Positions 35,556-44,953 of a stretch of 64,000 nt of DNA are shown here, in pieces. Position 1 is the stretch's first letter. Each line of letters begins with the position of its first letter. The stretch is from Sumerlaeia bacterium. Lineage in GTDB: Bacteria; Sumerlaeota; Sumerlaeia; SLMS01; JAHLLQ01. The stretch lies in the NCBI GenBank assembly GCA_040219255.1, contig JAVJSW010000060.1, positions 32,001 through 96,000 on the forward strand. Direction: 5' to 3'. The notes under the pieces were generated by a model. That model ran no database searches. It had not been told where the DNA came from and saw only the letters and a list, made by a program, of their open reading frames with translations. Both the position numbers and the translations under genes were made by a program.

Positions 35556-36962
35556 CTACTGTGCCGTCACCCGTAAGAAGTATGGCAGCGACGCCGTGCC
35601 CAGCACCATGGTGCGCAGGCTGACAGTTTTCGATTCGCCGGGTTCGAGCGTCAGGGGCCCGGCGGCCTCCAGCATCGATTCGTCGTAGTCCGGCTCGACG
35701 GAGCCTTCCGCCGACTTGCCGGCCCAGCCGATGATCGTGGGCAGCTTCTCCAGTTCGGTGAGCGGCATCGCTTCGTCCGCCACCGCCATCTGCCAGACGA
35801 GGCCAACGCGGGCGTCTTCCTTGCCGTAACGAAGGTCGACGGTCTTTGGCTCGGCTCCGCCGTTCATCAGCGTCATCGTGACGTAGTATTCCATGTGATA
35901 GTTGCCGATGGAATCGGGCCGCACATAGGGCGGATGGAGCAGCAGGGGCAGGGTCTGCTGGGCCTGGCGGCAGCCGGCCGACTGGATTTCCGGCAGCGTC
36001 ATGGGGAACGTGACGCGGCCGCCGTCCTTTTCCGGCAGCGCGGCCACATCGATCACGACCGGGTCGCTCTGCCAGAGGACGTTGCGGGCCGTGCCGACGA
36101 CGCGCCGCAGGTGGCAGTCGGGCGGCGGAATGAGCAGGTCCATGTAGGTCTCGCCCGAGTCCGCGCCGGTCCCCATCAAAGCCGCCACGGCGTCATCGTA
36201 ACGCGCCGGGTCGGTGCTGCCGGGCAGGGAGAGCACGGTCACTTCAAGCTTTGGCCGCCGGTGCACGCCCTGCGGGGCCGACACATCGGCGCGGACGATA
36301 CCGGTGACAAAGGTGGCGGCGGTATTGTTGTCGTCCTGCAGTTTGCTGTTCAGCTTTTTGGTCATGCCGATGACCGCGCCCTGGCCGGGCTCCAGGGTCA
36401 GTGATCCGACCGGCGTGTCCCAGTCTTCTTCGAAGACGGCGCGGCCCAGTTGGCTTTCCACGCTGGTTGGCGTTCCCGCGTTCCCGCCGTGGAACATGGC
36501 CTGGCGGGGTTCGATGCGGGCGGCGATATCCCCGATGTTCTCGACATAGACGACGATGCGGCGGGTTTCGTCCGGCGAGAGTTGCTTGGCCAGATGGTAG
36601 AGGAACACCTCGAAGGAGTCGTCGATCCCGCGAAAGCCCTTGTTGACCTGGGTTCGCATTTCCTCGGGCACCGGCTCGCCCTTGTCCGTCTTGAACGGGG
36701 GCAGGACCGTCTTGGTCGAGTAGAGGACACCGTTGGTGTAGTAGATTTCGGGCAGGTCCGAGTCGATGCGGTAGTAGGTGCGGGGGCTGTTGACATGGCG
36801 GCCGGGCAGCAAATGACCCACGCAGCGCTCGCAGTCTTCCTCGCTCGCGAGGGGTTGGAGCGGGGTCGGTTCCGCCGTGGAAAGGGGGGCAAAGGTGAAG
36901 AGGTTCAGGAAGGCGCAAAGGCCAATCCAAGCGGCGGACCGGGCAATGGGTCGGGGGGGCAT
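35556..36962 (-). CDS. Secreted hypothetical protein (weak DUF3370-like resemblance)
   Basis: GGAGGAG ribosome-binding site, signal peptide, 468 aa; SDLPEIYYTNGVLYST and SIGNYHMEY. Confidence 0.7.
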   Translation of the reverse strand: MPPRPIARSAAWIGLCAFLNLFTFAPLSTAEPTPLQPLASEEDCERCVGHLLPGRHVNSPRTYYRIDSDLPEIYYTNGVLYSTKTVLPPFKTDKGEPVPEEMRTQVNKGFRGIDDSFEVFLYHLAKQLSPDETRRIVVYVENIGDIAARIEPRQAMFHGGNAGTPTSVESQLGRAVFEEDWDTPVGSLTLEPGQGAVIGMTKKLNSKLQDDNNTAATFVTGIVRADVSAPQGVHRRPKLEVTVLSLPGSTDPARYDDAVAALMGTGADSGETYMDLLIPPPDCHLRRVVGTARNVLWQSDPVVIDVAALPEKDGGRVTFPMTLPEIQSAGCRQAQQTLPLLLHPPYVRPDSIGNYHMEYYVTMTLMNGGAEPKTVDLRYGKEDARVGLVWQMAVADEAMPLTELEKLPTIIGWAGKSAEGSVEPDYDESMLEAAGPLTLEPGESKTVSLRTMVLGTASLPYFLRVTAQ

Positions 36963-37152
36963 AGTATCGTCTCCTCCGGCAATATGAGTCGCTTTCTGGA
37001 CTCTAAGAGTCATAACGTAGGAGAGCGGATTGGCCATGACAAGAGTTTTCGGCAAGTAGTTGCGCCGGAAAGTCGAATCGGTGCAGGAAACTGTGTAAAG
37101 AGTGACAGGCCCGGATATGGGAGGTCGCATTTCTCTCGAGGTTCGGGCGCAG

Positions 37153-37188
37153 AAAAAAGGGCCGGGAGAGCATACGCCCCCGGCCCTT
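37153..37188 (-). terminator. Intrinsic terminator after the 37228-37698 gene
   Basis: A6-GGGCCGGG...CCCGGCCC hairpin. Confidence 0.7.
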
Positions 37189-37227
37189 CGACTGATTCTT
37201 CGCTGCCTGTTTGGCCGAACGGGCCTC

Positions 37228-37698
37228 TTAGCCCGCCGCCGCTCCCGCCATGGCGGGCTCGGCTTTCCTGGCCTTCTTCTTGGAGCCGCAGGACCCGCAG
37301 CCGCCGCAGCTCTTGATCTTTTCGGTCAGCACGGCGATCTTGAGTTGGCCGATGAATTCGGTGCCTTCGGTGTCGCAGGTGATGGATTGGGCGACGCATT
37401 CGCTGCCGATGCTGCCGCATTCCCGGCCGGTCAGCACGGCGAGACCCGCGCGCACGGCGAAAAAGTGTTTCAAGTACAGGAATTCGAGCGTTTCATCCTC
37501 GTTCGGATACGCTTCCAGGAATGCCTCCACATCGTCGTTGAGAAGGTCGTCTGCCCGCCGTCCGCGAATCCAGGAGAGGATCAGTGAGCGCTCGCCCACG
37601 GCTTTGCCGCAGGAGCGCTTGATGAGGGAATAATCGAGGACGTTGTCGTCCAGGTCGAGCACGAGACGCACGGTCTCTGTGATGTCATTGCAAGGCAT
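37228..37698 (-). CDS. Hypothetical Cys-rich protein
   Basis: 156 aa; MPC start, KRSCG, C-terminal SCGGCGSCG; followed by a terminator. Confidence 0.7.
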   Translation of the reverse strand: MPCNDITETVRLVLDLDDNVLDYSLIKRSCGKAVGERSLILSWIRGRRADDLLNDDVEAFLEAYPNEDETLEFLYLKHFFAVRAGLAVLTGRECGSIGSECVAQSITCDTEGTEFIGQLKIAVLTEKIKSCGGCGSCGSKKKARKAEPAMAGAAAG

Positions 37699-37845
37699 AA
37701 AGGAGGAAAAGAATCCTTCTGAGAATGATGTCGCATCCCGCGCACCCCCCGGTTTCCGGGACTGCCGAGACGCACCGAAGAGGAGCACAAGGCGCGCCAA
37801 CTGGCAAACGATTTCGCACGGCGTAACGGAAAGCTGTTGGATTCT

Positions 37846-38147
37846 TCACCACAGCGGGCACAGAGGACAGAGTTTGCACAGAGGTTGCCAGAATAGCGGT
37901 TGAGGGGGATAGCAAGAAAAGCAGTAAGTCCAGTGGGGAGAATAATCGGTCGCTGCTTCTGGATTTTTCAACTTCCTGTTCGTCAGAAAAGGAGTCTCGA
38001 TCTTCGAGGATGTGTCTCGAACTTTTGGGAATATCAAGAAAAACCAGGCTCCCGCGTTCCGTACGCGAAGAATTCGACAAACGCCAGAATCCCTGTGCAA
38101 CCTCAAGAACTCCAAACTTCTCAGCGCTCTCCGCGTCTCTGCGGTGA
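37846..38147. repeat. Intergenic islet D bounded by ACCACAGAG-family inverted repeats
   Basis: Left TCACCACAGCGGGCACAGAGGACAGAGTTTGCACAGAGG; right end reverse-complements to TCACCGCAGAGACGCGGAGAGCGCTGAGA; abuts the GT4 stop codon. Confidence 0.75.
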
Positions 38148-39320
38148 TCACTTAGAGGAACCCCGGGCCGCCAGCGCCGCCTCGTACACGGCGATCATTT
38201 CCCGGGCGAGGCGTTCGGGGGCGTAGGTTTCGGCGACGGCGGCGCGGGCGGTTTCGGCCAGGCGGCGTCGCTGCGCCGCGTCGCACACCAGGCGCCCGAT
38301 GGCCTCCGCCAGGGCGGCGGGGTCCTCGGGCGGCACCAGGAGGCCCGTCTCGCCGTCGGCCACCATCTGGGGCAGGGCGCCCACGTGGGTTGCGATGACC
38401 GGGACGCCGCTGGCGAAGTACTCGACCGCGATGCGGCTGAAGCCTTCGCTGCCCCGGCTGGCGATGACGCCGATGTCCAGGCTCGCGATCAACTCCGCCG
38501 GATCGGCCAGGGTCCCCCGGTACGCCACGCGATCGGCCACCCCGGCAGCCACCACGGTACGTTCGTGCAGGGCCTCCAGCTTCGGGTTTTTCAGGCTCAC
38601 TTTCCGCCCCGCCACCAGCGCCCGCGCCTGCGGCTCGTCCTGCAGCACCCGCGCCATCGCCTCCAGGAACACGTCGTGGCCTTTGACGCGTTGCCACCGG
38701 CCCAGACAGCCCACCAGCACCGCGTCTTCGGCCCCGGCGCCGAGCCTGGCCCGCAGGCGTTCGCTGCGTCGGCCGGGGCGATAGGCGCTCGTGTCCACCG
38801 CGCCCAGAATCACGCGGCGGCGTTCGGCGGGCAGGTGGGCGCCGAGGGTCCCCAGGCCACGAAAAGCCACGTCGCTGATCGCCGTCACGGCGTCGGTGCC
38901 ATAGCGAAAGAGCCAGCGATTCGCGGCCCCCTGCTTCATCGGCAGCACCACGTGGCGTGTGCGCACGATGGCCGCGCGGGGATGGGCCACGGGCCGCAGG
39001 AACGCCGCCAGCCAATGCTCCTTGCCCCGCCCGGCGTGCACGATGTCCGGCGCCAGATCACGCATCAACCGCCGCGCCGCCGCGTACTGGGCCAAGGCGT
39101 TCGGATCGCCCGGGCGGCGGTACTTTTTGCTCAGCCGCCACGGAATATCGTGGATCGTATAGGGCGCGCCTTCGCGGTCCAGATCGCCGCCGATGCCTCC
39201 GCGCGCCGGCACCGCCATATGCACCTCGACCCCCGCCCCGGCGAGAGCCCGGGCGAGAAGCTCCGTCCCCGCCGCCTCGCCGATCCACCGGTGGGCTGTG
39301 TTGAAGAGGAGGACTTTCAT
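38148..39320 (-). CDS. Glycosyltransferase family 4 protein
   Basis: RWQRVKGH, SEGFSRIAVEYFASGVPVIAT and ETGLLVPPED (GT-B fold). Confidence 0.9.
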   Translation of the reverse strand: MKVLLFNTAHRWIGEAAGTELLARALAGAGVEVHMAVPARGGIGGDLDREGAPYTIHDIPWRLSKKYRRPGDPNALAQYAAARRLMRDLAPDIVHAGRGKEHWLAAFLRPVAHPRAAIVRTRHVVLPMKQGAANRWLFRYGTDAVTAISDVAFRGLGTLGAHLPAERRRVILGAVDTSAYRPGRRSERLRARLGAGAEDAVLVGCLGRWQRVKGHDVFLEAMARVLQDEPQARALVAGRKVSLKNPKLEALHERTVVAAGVADRVAYRGTLADPAELIASLDIGVIASRGSEGFSRIAVEYFASGVPVIATHVGALPQMVADGETGLLVPPEDPAALAEAIGRLVCDAAQRRRLAETARAAVAETYAPERLAREMIAVYEAALAARGSSK

Positions 39321-40381
39321 GGGGACTCCGCTCCCTGCACCATGGCCCGGACAATGTCGGCGGCGTCGCGGATTGTGTCGTCGTTTTGTTCGATGTAAGG
39401 TTCGATTTCCGATGTGGGAATACAGCCGCAGGTCACCACGTCGGCAATGGATTTGCGGATCAGGCCGAGGCTGGGCTCGTCGGGGAAGTTGGGTTTTGAA
39501 AGTTCGTTCGGTCCGGGGCCGGGGGGCTCGGTGCCGTCGTAGTTGGGGGTGACGAAGCCGTAATACTTGTAGTAATAGAAGTTTTCAGCGTCAATGTTCA
39601 GCGTTTCGGTTGTGTATCCATCCATCTTGAAATGGACTCGCATAGGGCCAATGGGGGCATCGAAACCGAACCGTGCGTGAGAAGGATCGTAAGGCGGCTG
39701 ATCGTTGCGAAGGTGATCACCCCAATTGAGAAAAAAATCAGGGAATGGACCATCTGTTGTCGCTGATGGAAACACATGCGTATCCATGCCCCTGTCGGCC
39801 AGTCGATTCCCATTCAAGTACTCGACAGTGATCGTAACCGATCGTTCAGATAGATTTGGAATCCAGGTAATCCCGCTTTGCAACGAAGGTGTTGTGCGGT
39901 TAGATGTGACACTCATAAGAAAATCAATTCTCACAAAGTCATCTGTGGTTTCGGATAGGCTATCGGAAACATCCTCCCCAAACGGCCTCAGCGACACCTC
40001 GCTTGCTTTCACAGGAACGAACCATGTAACCGTTGTTCCATTCACAAAGCTCTCTGCTCCCAGGTATCCTGTCACACATGTACCTACTCCTGGAATTTCA
40101 GGAGCTACTGTCTTGAATGAAAGGGGTGTTCCGGCCGCAATTGGCAACGTTTCTGCAAAACCGACGTCCGGTTGGAAATAAGGCAGGCCTCCTCCATGTA
40201 CGAAAACATATGTCGCATCTTCCGAGCTTGGTTTCAGGCGGGTGTTAAATCCTGTTCGACCTTCGAGATCATAGAATTCGGCTAGTATAAAAGTTGTTCG
40301 GTTAAACGAATCGCCACTGACCGGGAAGGGAAATCCGCCCAACATTGTAGCCAATACGAGTAAACAAGGAATGGTTCGCAT
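39317..40381 (-). CDS. Secreted hypothetical protein, AT-rich core, C-terminal dockerin/EF-hand-like tag
   Basis: GGAGGA ribosome-binding site, signal peptide, ends EQNDDTIRDAADIVR; stop overlaps the GT4 start. Confidence 0.7.
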   Translation of the reverse strand: MRTIPCLLVLATMLGGFPFPVSGDSFNRTTFILAEFYDLEGRTGFNTRLKPSSEDATYVFVHGGGLPYFQPDVGFAETLPIAAGTPLSFKTVAPEIPGVGTCVTGYLGAESFVNGTTVTWFVPVKASEVSLRPFGEDVSDSLSETTDDFVRIDFLMSVTSNRTTPSLQSGITWIPNLSERSVTITVEYLNGNRLADRGMDTHVFPSATTDGPFPDFFLNWGDHLRNDQPPYDPSHARFGFDAPIGPMRVHFKMDGYTTETLNIDAENFYYYKYYGFVTPNYDGTEPPGPGPNELSKPNFPDEPSLGLIRKSIADVVTCGCIPTSEIEPYIEQNDDTIRDAADIVRAMVQGAESP

Positions 40382-40382
40382 T

Positions 40383-40604
40383 TTATCCTCCCACTGCCAG
40401 GGCAGACATCGCGTGGTTGCCGGAAACCGGATCGATCACCAGAAACTCAAGCGTCGAGCCGGACGAGACGCCATTGGTCGCGGCCGCCAGACCCGCCGTC
40501 GGCACATTGAAATTGGTCGTTCCCGAACCCTGGTACCCCAAGTTTCCGACCCGCTTCCAAGCGGTGCATTGGTCGGACGAGTTCTTCTGCCATCGCTCTG
40601 CCAT
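40383..40604 (-). CDS. Possible small protein or gene remnant (73 aa)
   Basis: ATG overlaps the thiO stop (TGATG); TAA lies 1 nt before the next ATG. Confidence 0.35.
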   Translation of the reverse strand: MAERWQKNSSDQCTAWKRVGNLGYQGSGTTNFNVPTAGLAAATNGVSSGSTLEFLVIDPVSGNHAMSALAVGG

Positions 40605-41725
40605 CACGACCTGCCTCCCACCCCCACAAACCGCTCCGCCGCGAACTCCTCCCACGCCGCTTCGCCATCGTACAGCCCCGCCAGCACCTCGCCTGTCAGG
40701 GGGGTCAGGAGGATGCCGTTGCGGAAGTGGCCGGTGGCGACGAGGACGTTGCTCCAGCGGGCGATGGGGCCGAGGAGGGGGGCGGCGTCGGGGGTGCGGG
40801 GGCGGAACCCGGCCCAGGCCTCGGCCAGCGGACAGTCCGCCAGCGCGGGCACGAGGCGGGCGGCGTCGGCGTGGAAATCGGCCATGACTCGGGGGGCGAC
40901 CGTGGTGTCGAAGCCGGCGCCGGGTTCTTCGGTGGCGCCCAGGACGACGCCCTGGCCGGGACGGGGGGCGAGGTAGAGGGCCTTGAGATGGATGATGTGG
41001 CGCAGGAGGCCGTCCGGCGCGGCGATGCGGCCGACCTGGCCCTTGACGGGCCCGACGGGAAAGCGGACGTCGAGGAGCCGCGCGACGGCTTCGCCCCAGG
41101 CTCCGGTGGCGGCGAGGAGCCGTTCGCAACCCACCTCGCCCCCGCCGGCCAGCCGCAGCCCGGCGACGCGGGCGCCGTCGGCGATGACCTCGGTGGCGCG
41201 ATCTTCGAGGAAAACAAACCCCCGGCGGCGCCCCGCTTCGCGCAGGGCATCGTGGAGCTGGCGCGGGTTCAGGACGCCCTCGGGCAGCCAGAGGGCGCGC
41301 TCGATCGCGGGGGCGAGAGCGGGTTCGGCGGCGCGCAGGGCGGGGCCTTCGAGGATTCGGTGCGCAAGCCCGCGCTCGGCGATGTCGCGGCATTTGGCGT
41401 CAAAGCGCGCGTCCTCGCCCAGGAAGGCGGGGACCAGGGTGCCATTCCAGAGACACTCGACGGCGACGCCCGATTCCTTAGTCAGGCGGTCGAGCCAGCC
41501 GCCGCGATAGCGGGCGAGGCTTTCCGTGCAGAAGCGGGCCAGGGGCGAGTCTTCGGCGAATTCGGCAAAGGGCGCGAGCATCCCGGCGGCGGCGCGGGAC
41601 GCGGGCAGGGCGCCGGTGTCGGCGTCCAGAATGGCGACGCGCAGCCCCGGATGGCGGTCGTGGATGGCGCGGGCACAGGCCAGGCCAATGACTCCGCCGC
41701 CCAAAACCAACAGATCGCAATGCAA
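40604..41725 (-). CDS. thiO: Glycine oxidase ThiO (FAD-dependent)
   Basis: GGGVIG, ASRAAAGMLAP, PVKGQ, WAGFRP and ATGHFRNGILLTP motifs. Confidence 0.9.
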   Translation of the reverse strand: MHCDLLVLGGGVIGLACARAIHDRHPGLRVAILDADTGALPASRAAAGMLAPFAEFAEDSPLARFCTESLARYRGGWLDRLTKESGVAVECLWNGTLVPAFLGEDARFDAKCRDIAERGLAHRILEGPALRAAEPALAPAIERALWLPEGVLNPRQLHDALREAGRRRGFVFLEDRATEVIADGARVAGLRLAGGGEVGCERLLAATGAWGEAVARLLDVRFPVGPVKGQVGRIAAPDGLLRHIIHLKALYLAPRPGQGVVLGATEEPGAGFDTTVAPRVMADFHADAARLVPALADCPLAEAWAGFRPRTPDAAPLLGPIARWSNVLVATGHFRNGILLTPLTGEVLAGLYDGEAAWEEFAAERFVGVGGRS

Positions 41726-41761
41726 GGGGGTCGCCGCCTTTCCGGGTCCTTCTTATTTTTT

Positions 41762-41910
41762 TACCACAGAGGGCACAGAGGACAGAGGTTTCACAGAGAG
41801 AAAAAGTTTGGGTTATCCTCAGTCATCCGGACAGGGAAGCGGGGCCTGCGGCGGATTGACGTAACATCTCTCGCCTCAAACATCTCCGTGCCTCCGTGTC
41901 TCCGTGGTGA
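41762..41910. repeat. Intergenic islet E bounded by ACCACAGAG-family inverted repeats
   Basis: Left TACCACAGAGGGCACAGAGGACAGAGGTTTCACAGAG; right end reverse-complements to TCACCACGGAGACACGGAGGCACGGAGA. Confidence 0.75.
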
Positions 41911-41958
41911 ATTCGTGTCGAAGGATCAAGCTCCGGGCGGAGGCGCGGGGCGGGGTCT

Positions 41959-42459
41959 TCAGTCGGACTTGGCCACGTCTTCGGCGCTGTCTTCGTCGTC
42001 TGGCAGGGGGGTGGACTGCTCGCGCCGGGACGCCTTGGCGCGTTCGGTGATGATTTCGATGGCGTGCTCGGCTTCGGCGTCGCGGGGATCGTAATCCAGG
42101 GCCAGGATAATGGCGCCGTTATCGGGCGTCGCACGGATGATGCGGCAGTAGATTTTCGCGGCGCGGCCTTCGCTGCGCACCGCCAGGCGGGCGAAGCGCA
42201 CGGTGGTGGCCAGGAGTTTCTGGATGTCCTTGGGGATGTTGGGGCACTTGACCATCGCGCCGCCCTCGGACACGTTGAAGACGGTCACCATGTAAGGGAA
42301 CGGGCGAAACGTTTCTTCCGGCAGGAGGATGTAAAGTTCCGCGTTGAAGCGGCAGCCTATGCGGGGCGATTGTCGGCGATCTTCCTCGGGCGTCACGAGA
42401 CCGTCCTGTCGTCGGGGGAAATCCGGAGGGCGAGCATTCCTCGCGTTTCCGGAATCCAA
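41959..42459 (-). CDS. PilZ domain (c-di-GMP-binding) protein
   Basis: RRQSPR (RxxxR) and NVSEGG (D/NxSxxG); start may be GTG 42396. Confidence 0.8.
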   Translation of the reverse strand: MDSGNARNARPPDFPRRQDGLVTPEEDRRQSPRIGCRFNAELYILLPEETFRPFPYMVTVFNVSEGGAMVKCPNIPKDIQKLLATTVRFARLAVRSEGRAAKIYCRIIRATPDNGAIILALDYDPRDAEAEHAIEIITERAKASRREQSTPLPDDEDSAEDVAKSD

Positions 42460-42553
42460 GCTATAAAGCTTTGACCTTCCTAGGATAAAGGGAAATTCTT
42501 CCCCTGCCCCGTCTCATTTCTCACGAGCCTCGCCCGGCCCCCCTCCCCGCCCC

Positions 42554-43294
42554 ATGACTACCCGTAAACGCCGCACGCGCGCCCTACGCTTCTGGCTGCT
42601 CCAGCACCTCGTCGTCCCGCTCTCGCTGGGAATCATCAAGCTGTGGATGCGCACCTGGCGCATCGAGGTCGAGGGCCGCGAAGCCCTCGAACAATTCGGC
42701 GATGGCTCCCATCCCCGGGTCATGGCCGCCTTTCATGGCACCTCCGCTTGCGTGCTGGGTCACTTGCTCCAGGTCGATCCCAAGGGCCGGCGCTACAATG
42801 GCGCCACCATGGTCAGCACCAGCCGCGATGGCGACCTGATGGCATCCGTCGCCCACTCTTTCAACTCCGTGGCGGTCCGGGGTAGCACGAAGAAGCGGGC
42901 CGCGGCCGGTCTGCTGGCCCTGATCCACGAAGTTCAGCGCGGCCGCATCGGCATGATGGCCGTCGATGGCCCCCGCGGGCCCCGTGGCAAAGCCCAGCCC
43001 GGCGTCCTCACCCTCGCCAAAGCCACCGGCGCCCGCGTCTTCATCCTCGTCCACCGGGGCGAGAACTCCATCCGCTTCAAAAAGGCCTGGGACAAATACG
43101 ACTTGCCGAAGCCGTTTTCCCGCGTGCGGGCCAAATGTCTCCTATGGCAGGATTTTGGAGCGCTTGGACCGGACCAGCCAGCCCCGTCCCTTGCGGACCT
43201 GCAACGCGCGATGATAGCCACCTACCAGGACCTCGGGGAAGACGTCTCCGACATGCCGCCCCTGGAGGAACCGCCCCCGTGCCCTGGCTCATGA
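42554..43294 (+). CDS. DUF374/lysophospholipid acyltransferase-like protein
   Basis: MVSTSRDGD, VRGST, VDGPRGP and WDKYDLPKPFSR motifs. Confidence 0.85.
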   Translation: MTTRKRRTRALRFWLLQHLVVPLSLGIIKLWMRTWRIEVEGREALEQFGDGSHPRVMAAFHGTSACVLGHLLQVDPKGRRYNGATMVSTSRDGDLMASVAHSFNSVAVRGSTKKRAAAGLLALIHEVQRGRIGMMAVDGPRGPRGKAQPGVLTLAKATGARVFILVHRGENSIRFKKAWDKYDLPKPFSRVRAKCLLWQDFGALGPDQPAPSLADLQRAMIATYQDLGEDVSDMPPLEEPPPCPGS

Positions 43295-43590
43295 CCGTTC
43301 TTGAAAGCAGTCCCATCGCCGCCCTCGACCGCGTGCTGCTGATCGGAGGCAAGAACTTCGCCCCCGAATACGCCGCCCCTTCCGCCAACGACCTCGAAGA
43401 ACTTTGGGGCCGGCCCGTGACGCTGCGCACGCCTTACGGCACGGCCTTCGAAACCGCCATCGTCGACGCCGAGCGCACCATTTCTTTCCTCGACATCCCC
43501 AGCCTGACCATCACGGTTCCCCTGTCCGTGCCGGGCGAATATGTCCAGCCCGGCACGGAAGTTTTCCTGACAGAGGACCCGGCTGCCTGA
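43291..43590 (+). CDS. Hypothetical protein (99 aa)
   Basis: Fills the gap between the DUF374 gene (ATGA overlap) and rsmD; host-like codons. Confidence 0.6.
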   Translation: MTVLESSPIAALDRVLLIGGKNFAPEYAAPSANDLEELWGRPVTLRTPYGTAFETAIVDAERTISFLDIPSLTITVPLSVPGEYVQPGTEVFLTEDPAA

Positions 43591-43591
43591 C

Positions 43592-44152
43592 ATGCTGAGA
43601 ATCATCGCGGGCGAACGGCGCGGCACCAAGCTCCAGACGCTCGAAGGCTCCGCCACCCGGCCCCTGCGCGACCGCGTTCGCGAATCCCTCTTCAACATCC
43701 TCCAGGGCGACGTGCCCGGCGCCAACGTGATGGACCTCTTCGCGGGGTCCGGGGCCGTCGGCCTCGAAGCCCTCAGCCGCGGCGCGCGCCACGCCGCCTT
43801 TGTGGAAGGCGGCGCCGACGCCCGCCGTGTCGTCTCCGCCAACATCGCCAAGATGCGCTACGATGGCCAGAGCCAGGTCGTGGGCGGGATGCTGCCGGGG
43901 GCGCTCTCGGGCGTGAAGGCCGAGGCGGGCGGCTTCGGTCTGATTTTCCTGATGCCGCCCTACCACAGCGGCGCCGGCCAGCAAACCCTCGCCGCCCTCC
44001 CGGCCAGCGGCCTCCTGGCCCCCGACCCCCTGGCCGTCCTCGAGTTGCACAAAGACGAAGCGCTCGACCTCCCGGATTCATGGGAAATCGAGCGCGACAA
44101 GGCCTATGGGATTACGCGGCTGCTGTTCTTGAGGCGCGCGGTGGCTGGCTGA
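43592..44152 (+). CDS. rsmD: 16S rRNA (guanine(966)-N2)-methyltransferase
   Basis: MLRIIAG, TRP..DRVRESLFNIL, DLFAGSGAVGLEALSRGA, PPY, YG. Confidence 0.93.
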   Translation: MLRIIAGERRGTKLQTLEGSATRPLRDRVRESLFNILQGDVPGANVMDLFAGSGAVGLEALSRGARHAAFVEGGADARRVVSANIAKMRYDGQSQVVGGMLPGALSGVKAEAGGFGLIFLMPPYHSGAGQQTLAALPASGLLAPDPLAVLELHKDEALDLPDSWEIERDKAYGITRLLFLRRAVAG

Positions 44153-44158
44153 AGCTCC

Positions 44159-44821
44159 CTACGGACCGAAACGCACGATGTCGCCGTCGCTGATGGTGCC
44201 GTTGGTGGGGTCGTACTGATGGATCGAGCCCATCGAGGCCATCGGCATCGTCATGATTTCGTAGATGGGCAGCGACCCGCGGCGGTCCACCTCGCGGGCC
44301 ATGGTGCCGAAACGCTGGTCCGGGCCGGTGGAGAGCATGGCCCAGGCGGGCGTGATGGCCTTGCCGGTGTCGGCCATGGCCAGGCTCTCGACGCGGGCGC
44401 GGTAAGTCTGGCGGTTGACTTCGTCCGGGACGTTGGTGGCGTTGAAGTACACGAACGAATGCTTATGATCGGACATCACGACGGGCTTGAAGGTATCGAG
44501 CGGCACGTCGGTCATGTAGGCCACGGGGGTCGTCAGCGTGTAGGGGACGAAGGGCATCTGGCCCATGGGCATGGTCATGATGTTGCCTCGTCCGGCGGCG
44601 TCGAAAACGTTGGGCGGATAGGCGTTGGAATCGACGGCGTAGGCTTCGAGGCCGGTGGCGATGGAGCGCATGTCGGCGGTGACGCGGCTGACCTTGGCGC
44701 GGGTCTGGGCTTCCAGGAAGTTGGGAACCGCGATGGCCGCCAGCACCGCGATAATGGCGACGACGATGAGAAGTTCGATGAGGGTGAACGCGCGGGGGCG
44801 CCGGTGTGTTTGAGCGAACAT
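44159..44821 (-). CDS. Prepilin-type N-terminal cleavage/methylation domain protein, Met-rich
   Basis: AFTLIELLIVVAIIAVLAAIAVPNFLEAQTRAKVSR; LTTPVAY; STGPD; YDPTNGTISDGDI. Confidence 0.9.
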   Translation of the reverse strand: MFAQTHRRPRAFTLIELLIVVAIIAVLAAIAVPNFLEAQTRAKVSRVTADMRSIATGLEAYAVDSNAYPPNVFDAAGRGNIMTMPMGQMPFVPYTLTTPVAYMTDVPLDTFKPVVMSDHKHSFVYFNATNVPDEVNRQTYRARVESLAMADTGKAITPAWAMLSTGPDQRFGTMAREVDRRGSLPIYEIMTMPMASMGSIHQYDPTNGTISDGDIVRFGP

Positions 44822-44920
44822 GAGGGGTAGGTGTTGCCTCCGTAGGCAGGTCGTGGGGGCGCGCGGCCACTGGGGAGCGGCGCGGCGGGGATGGGAGTGG
44901 TGGGTTGTGGGTAAGGCGTG

Positions 44921-44953
44921 GCGGGTCACGGGCGGGACGCCCGTGCTACCTTT
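44921..44953 (-). repeat. REP-like palindrome, copy 2 (GTAG foot)
   Basis: Minus strand reads AAAGGTAG-CACGGGCGTCCCGCCCGTG-ACCCGC. Confidence 0.75.
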
